Below are positions 27,577 to 32,000 of a DNA stretch of 32,000 nt, piece after piece. The position numbers were made by a program, and so were the translations under genes. Position 1 is the first letter of the stretch; every line of letters starts with the position of its first letter. The notes under the pieces were generated by a model, which had not been told where the DNA came from, made no database searches, and worked only from the letters and a program-made list of their open reading frames with translations. The stretch is from Telmatocola sphagniphila (lineage in GTDB: Bacteria > Planctomycetota > Planctomycetia > Gemmatales > Gemmataceae): contig NZ_CP074694.1 of the NCBI RefSeq assembly GCF_018398935.1, positions 1,410,001 through 1,442,000 on the forward strand, read 5' to 3'.

Positions 27577-29682
27577 TCAGCGGTTTTTTTTACCCTGCCG
27601 TCGCTGCTGTGTCTTTCTCTGAGGTCGATACCCCGATGACTTCAATGGATTCGCACCCCGCTCTCCCGGTTTTTCGCCCTGGGCGGAATTGGCCACAGTG
27701 TGATAATGGTCGCCATCAGTAATTCGCTGCGATTCCCGACGACGCTTATCCAATGCCTCCTTCGGAGGATTAGTTGGAATCAAACTGTCGCATCCATCGC
27801 CGATCAGATCGGTCCGCTTGGCTTCGATTAGTGCTTCCCGAACTGCAAAGTAGTTTTCCGGTTTGAAGAGCTGCAAGAGAGCTCTTTGCAATTTGCGGTC
27901 GGAAAGCTTGCTGGCAATCTTCACGGGTTTGCGTGTCATCGGATCGATACCGGTGTACCACATACAAGTGGCGATATCAAAAGGGGCCGGGATAAAGTCT
28001 TGAACCTGATCGGGCCGATAGCCATTTCGCTTGAGATAAATGGCCAAATCGATCATTTCTTCAATAGTTGACCCAGGATGGCTGGCGATAAAATAAGGTA
28101 CCAGAAATTGCTTGGGTTTCTTCGCTTTTTTGGAGGATTTCTCGAACATCCCGGCGAACACGCCAAAATTATCGATGCTGGGCTTCTTCATGCGCATCAG
28201 CACGTCGGGATGCGTGTGCTCCGGGGCCACTTTTAAACGCCCCCCTACATGATGCGCGGCCAGTTCGTCAATGTACTCGGGTGATAGTTGAGCCAAGTCC
28301 ATCCGGATACCACTCGCAACGAAGACCCGACGAATGCCTTCGACCTCCCGAGCTTTTCGCATTAATTCAATCGTTGGTTTATGGTCGGTACCGAGCAGCT
28401 TGCAGATTGAAGGATGAATGCAGGACAGCCGCTTGCACTTCGCTTCAATTTCCGGGCGCGTGCAACGCATCTGATACATATTGGCGGTAGCTCCGCCGAT
28501 GTCGCTGATGATCCCCTTAAAATCCTTATCGTTCGCCATGGTTTCGATTTCCGTGAGAATCGAACTCTGCGAACGGGACTGGATGATTCGCCCCTGGTGG
28601 GCTGTAATCGAACAAAAAGTGCAGCCTCCAAAACATCCTCGCATGATGGTGACGGAGTCCTTGATCATTTCGAAAGCCGGAATGGGCTCTCGGTAGATCG
28701 GATGCGGCCGTCGGGTGTAAGGAAGATCGTAAATCGAATCCATCTCAGATTCAGACAGCGGATAATCGGGAGGCGTTGCAATCACGGCCTGCCGGTCGTG
28801 CATCTGAATCAAAGCGGCGGCGTTGAAGGGATTCGTATTCAAGTGAATGTGCCGGGTGGCATCCACAAAGCGATCTTTCTGGCTCTTCACTTCCTCAAAA
28901 GAAGGAACTTTTTGCCAGAGCTTCCAGTCGACCTCTCCGGCGGTTTCTTTCAGGCCGGGAGTGGTCGCCAGTGGTGTTTCCGGCAACTCCGCGAAGCCTG
29001 TCTGCTCCGTCTCCCTGGCACCGAGTGCATAAGCCACACCTCGCAGATTTCGGAGATCTCTAAGATTCTGGCCCGCATGCAACCTCTTGGCGATCTGGAG
29101 GATGTTTTTCTCCCCCATTCCGTAAACCAGCAAATCGGCCTTGCAATCCATCAGAATGGAGCGTTTAACAGTATCGGACCAGTAATCGTAGTGGGCCAAT
29201 CTACGGAGGGAGGCCTCGACCCCGCCGGCTATCACCGGTGTACCTGGAAATGCTTCCCGGGCACGCTGGCAGTAAGGCAAAGTCGCACGATCCGGGCGCA
29301 GACCAATTTTACCTCCAGGCGAGTAGGCATCGTCATTGCGGACTTTTTTATTCGCTGTGTAGTGATTGATTAGCGAGTCCATATTCCCGGCGCTGATGGC
29401 GAAGAACAGACGGGGTTTGCCGAATTGACGCCAGGGTTCGCAGGAGTGCCAGTCGGGTTGGCTGAGAATCGCGACTCGAAATCCCGCTTCTTCTAGCACC
29501 CGATGCAGTATGGCCATGGCAAAACTCGGGTGATCTATATAAGCATCGCCCGTGACAAAAACCACATCGACATAATCCCACCCTCGCTCGGCCATTTCCT
29601 GACCCGTCGTGGGCGCAAAGGCTCCCGATCGACGGCCAGTCGCTCTGGTCATCTGCAAAGGTAGTCGCTCGGTTGTTGACAC
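27577..29682 (-). CDS. ygiQ: YgiQ-family radical SAM protein (UPF0313)
   Basis: The motifs VTGDAYIDHPSF, the radical-SAM CFGGCTFC and a basic C-terminal tail are present. The start is GTG 29682 or ATG 29652. Confidence 0.9.
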   Translation of the reverse strand: MSTTERLPLQMTRATGRRSGAFAPTTGQEMAERGWDYVDVVFVTGDAYIDHPSFAMAILHRVLEEAGFRVAILSQPDWHSCEPWRQFGKPRLFFAISAGNMDSLINHYTANKKVRNDDAYSPGGKIGLRPDRATLPYCQRAREAFPGTPVIAGGVEASLRRLAHYDYWSDTVKRSILMDCKADLLVYGMGEKNILQIAKRLHAGQNLRDLRNLRGVAYALGARETEQTGFAELPETPLATTPGLKETAGEVDWKLWQKVPSFEEVKSQKDRFVDATRHIHLNTNPFNAAALIQMHDRQAVIATPPDYPLSESEMDSIYDLPYTRRPHPIYREPIPAFEMIKDSVTIMRGCFGGCTFCSITAHQGRIIQSRSQSSILTEIETMANDKDFKGIISDIGGATANMYQMRCTRPEIEAKCKRLSCIHPSICKLLGTDHKPTIELMRKAREVEGIRRVFVASGIRMDLAQLSPEYIDELAAHHVGGRLKVAPEHTHPDVLMRMKKPSIDNFGVFAGMFEKSSKKAKKPKQFLVPYFIASHPGSTIEEMIDLAIYLKRNGYRPDQVQDFIPAPFDIATCMWYTGIDPMTRKPVKIASKLSDRKLQRALLQLFKPENYFAVREALIEAKRTDLIGDGCDSLIPTNPPKEALDKRRRESQRITDGDHYHTVANSAQGEKPGERGANPLKSSGYRPQRKTQQRRQGKKNR

Positions 29683-29766
29683 GTCGGGCCATCCATAAAG
29701 CTAAATACAGACACTTGTAGTATTTTAGGCACCTCCGCCTGGATAGCGAATGTTTCCGAGGACTCC

Positions 29767-30699
29767 ATGGAAATTGAAATCGTCGAGTATCACGGTTGGA
29801 AAAATAACCTGGCCATCCGAAACAAGCAGATTGAGCTGATCGTCACGCTCGATGTTGGCCCGCGCGTGATCAGTTTTCGACGGCTGCCGGATGGTCAAAA
29901 TGTAATGAAGAATTACGAGGAAATGCTCGGAAAATCGGGGGAGGAAGAATGGCAGATCCGAGGCGGCCATCGCTTCTGGTTGGCCCCGGAAGACTGCACC
30001 CGAACCTACTATGCCGACAACTCACCTATTAAATTCGAGAAGATCGGTGAAAATCGAGTTCGATTTACTCCTCCCCCTGAACATTTGTACGAAGTTCAGA
30101 AGGTGATGGAGATCGAGCTCGTTGGGGATACCAATAAGGTCAACGTGCATCTGATAGTTTCGAATATCGGGAGCCGTCCTACGGAACTGGCTCCCTGGGG
30201 GCCCACCGTCATGGCTCCGGGCGGCATGGAAGTAATACCTCTCCCAGCCAAATTTCCGCATCCCGGCCATCCGAACAATGCCCGTTCTCCGGAAGATTTT
30301 GGTCCGAACCAGGAATTGATTCTGTGGCCCTACTTTGATTTCAGCGACAGCCGATGGACTTTCGGGAAGAAATATATTCTTCTCAGACAGGATTCCAAGA
30401 AGGGACCTACCAAGATCGGTCTGGCTCATCGGGCCGGCTGGGTGGGTTACGTGAATCGGGGAGCATTGTTCGTAAAACGATTTAACTATATCGAAGGGGC
30501 TTTGTATCCGGATCGGGGCACAAATTATCAGACCTTCAGCAATGAAGATATGCTCGAAATGGAAACAGTAGCCCCGCTCGAAGAACTCTTTCCAGACGAA
30601 ACGGCGGAGTTGAATGAAACTTGGCAACTCTATCCGTGCGACGCGAAAATCGGCAATGAAGAGGACGTCGACAAATACGTACTTCCTTTGATCAGATAA
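29767..30699 (+). CDS. DUF4380-like / aldose-epimerase-fold protein, function unknown
   Basis: 310-aa ORF with a GAGGA SD. The GGHRFWLAPE motif is present. It is transcribed divergently from ygiQ. Confidence 0.55.
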   Translation: MEIEIVEYHGWKNNLAIRNKQIELIVTLDVGPRVISFRRLPDGQNVMKNYEEMLGKSGEEEWQIRGGHRFWLAPEDCTRTYYADNSPIKFEKIGENRVRFTPPPEHLYEVQKVMEIELVGDTNKVNVHLIVSNIGSRPTELAPWGPTVMAPGGMEVIPLPAKFPHPGHPNNARSPEDFGPNQELILWPYFDFSDSRWTFGKKYILLRQDSKKGPTKIGLAHRAGWVGYVNRGALFVKRFNYIEGALYPDRGTNYQTFSNEDMLEMETVAPLEELFPDETAELNETWQLYPCDAKIGNEEDVDKYVLPLIR

Positions 30700-30731
30700 T
30701 CGGTGCTCACGAATGGAATCGAAAGGAAACT

Positions 30732-31916
30732 GTGTCTAACGATATCAGCGTACGGCAAGTAATGCAGCCCAACCCCGTATCGCTTCGTCCGGATCAGACG
30801 ATCCAGGAAGCGATCGGACGAATGAATGAACTTCGTATCGGGGCGGTACTTGTATGCGATAATTCCCGGCTCGTCGGAATTTTCACCGAACGGGATTTCC
30901 TGCGAAATGCCGCGATTGCAGAACCCGGCTGGCGTCTCTATCCCATCGAAATGTGGATGACGAAAGATCCACATACCATTGCTCCGAACATTGGTTGGGA
31001 AGAAGCGGCTTTCCAGATGGAGCGCATGCGAGTTCGCCATCTTCCTGTAGTGGAGGATGGCTTAGCAATAGGAATCATTTCTTCGCGCCACTTAATAGCC
31101 CATCGATCCAAGTATCTGGATCAGATGATTGCCCGGAGAACTAGCGAACTTCGGCTGGCCAACGATCAGCTCTTGTCACGCGATGCGGAAATGACCCATT
31201 ACATGAAGGTCGCCGCTAAACTGCAGAAGAAACTGGTGCTTCCTCATAGTCCCCCGAACTGGCCGGAGTTCGACTGGAGCATTTATTTTGCTCCTCTCGA
31301 ACCGCTGGGGGGCGACTACTACGATTTCGTGATGCCGAACGACGAACATCTGGGGTTCCTGATCGCCGATGCCAGTGGCCATAGTATTCCTGCGGCGATG
31401 GTCGCTATCATGGCCAGTCAGGCGTTTACTGAAGTTTCCAAAGAGACTGTGCAGCCTTCGTCTGTACTCGCGGCACTCAACAAGAGGCTGAACGACCTGG
31501 CCGAAGATAGGTTTGTCACAGGATTTTACGGTGTTTTCAATCGCCGTACGCGGGAATTCACGTATGCGAACGCCGGGCATCCATTCCCATTTCACTACTC
31601 CGCAAAACGCAAAATGACTCAGCCACTGTGGGCTCGGGGCTTTTTGCTCGGTGTCAGTCTGGATGAAATGTACACCGAGAAGAGATTGCATCTGGAAGCG
31701 GGCGACCGCCTATGTTTCTTCACAGACGGGATTCCCGATTGTCGAAACGACCAGGGGGAATCTTTCGGTACAGATCGTTTGGCAGCTTTTATCACTGAAA
31801 ATGCCCATCGTCGGCCGGCCGATTTCGTCGAAGTTTTTCGCAATCACCTCAAAGTATTTCGTGAAAATCAAAATCCGACGGACGATATGACGCTTATTAC
31901 ACTCGAAGTTCATTGA
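30732..31916 (+). CDS. CBS-pair sensor fused to a PP2C/SpoIIE-type Ser/Thr phosphatase
   Basis: GTG start. The N-terminal CBS pair has GIFTERDFL and VRHLPVV...GIISSRHLI. The PP2C motifs are GGDYYDF, IADASGHSIPAA, TDGIPD and DDMTLITLEV. Confidence 0.85.
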   Translation: MSNDISVRQVMQPNPVSLRPDQTIQEAIGRMNELRIGAVLVCDNSRLVGIFTERDFLRNAAIAEPGWRLYPIEMWMTKDPHTIAPNIGWEEAAFQMERMRVRHLPVVEDGLAIGIISSRHLIAHRSKYLDQMIARRTSELRLANDQLLSRDAEMTHYMKVAAKLQKKLVLPHSPPNWPEFDWSIYFAPLEPLGGDYYDFVMPNDEHLGFLIADASGHSIPAAMVAIMASQAFTEVSKETVQPSSVLAALNKRLNDLAEDRFVTGFYGVFNRRTREFTYANAGHPFPFHYSAKRKMTQPLWARGFLLGVSLDEMYTEKRLHLEAGDRLCFFTDGIPDCRNDQGESFGTDRLAAFITENAHRRPADFVEVFRNHLKVFRENQNPTDDMTLITLEVH

Positions 31917-32000
31917 ACCATCGCTCAGTTTAGATTTGCTCCCACCTGTTTAACGGGATTCAATGTGCCGGGCGGCAATCTCAGATATTTCGAGTAGATG

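Noticed and set aside
28414-29373. 319-aa plus-strand ORF
   Set aside because: It is antisense to ygiQ (radical-SAM motif and conserved N-terminus on the other strand), so it is a shadow ORF.

Overview
The window is a gene-dense bacterial chromosomal segment of about 30 CDS, with no rRNA, tRNA or CRISPR array. Gene content (GH57 branching enzyme, YgiQ, many CBS and zinc-ribbon proteins, few intrinsic terminators, weak or absent SD sites) suggests Planctomycetota, but this is only a guess. Layout: (i) 24-461, a secreted low-complexity protein. (ii) 501-7619, a long minus-strand gene string: tagaturonate-epimerase-like, SDR, Rieske oxygenase, RarD, amidohydrolase, GH57. (iii) 7620-11459, a loosely packed, AT-richer islet. 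It holds a monocistronic poly-Asp/Glu protein, a PuuD/C26-type amidotransferase homolog that lacks its nucleophile Cys, an intact IS630-family element with TA duplication, an orphan hairpin and two tiny proteins. (iv) 11460-15566, a minus-strand string in which the two-subunit 2-oxoacid:ferredoxin oxidoreductase KorAB is bracketed by two paralogous CBS-pair proteins. (v) 15808-22499, a plus-strand block: diverged PPP-type phosphoesterase, lysine-methyltransferase-like protein, glcDEF, DHDPS-family aldolase. (vi) 22506-31916, housekeeping and miscellaneous genes: NUDIX, RluA-family pseudouridine synthase, GNAT, CE1-like esterase, YebC, YgiQ radical SAM, DUF4380-like protein, CBS-PP2C phosphatase. 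I found no recognisable defence, toxin-antitoxin, retron or DGR system and cannot name a clear novel multi-gene system. The best leads for follow-up are the acidic protein, the Cys-less amidotransferase homolog, the CBS-bracketed KorAB arrangement with zinc-ribbon companions, and several perfect palindromes or hairpins at regulatory positions. All functional calls come from motif-level reading of the supplied translations; no database search was possible.
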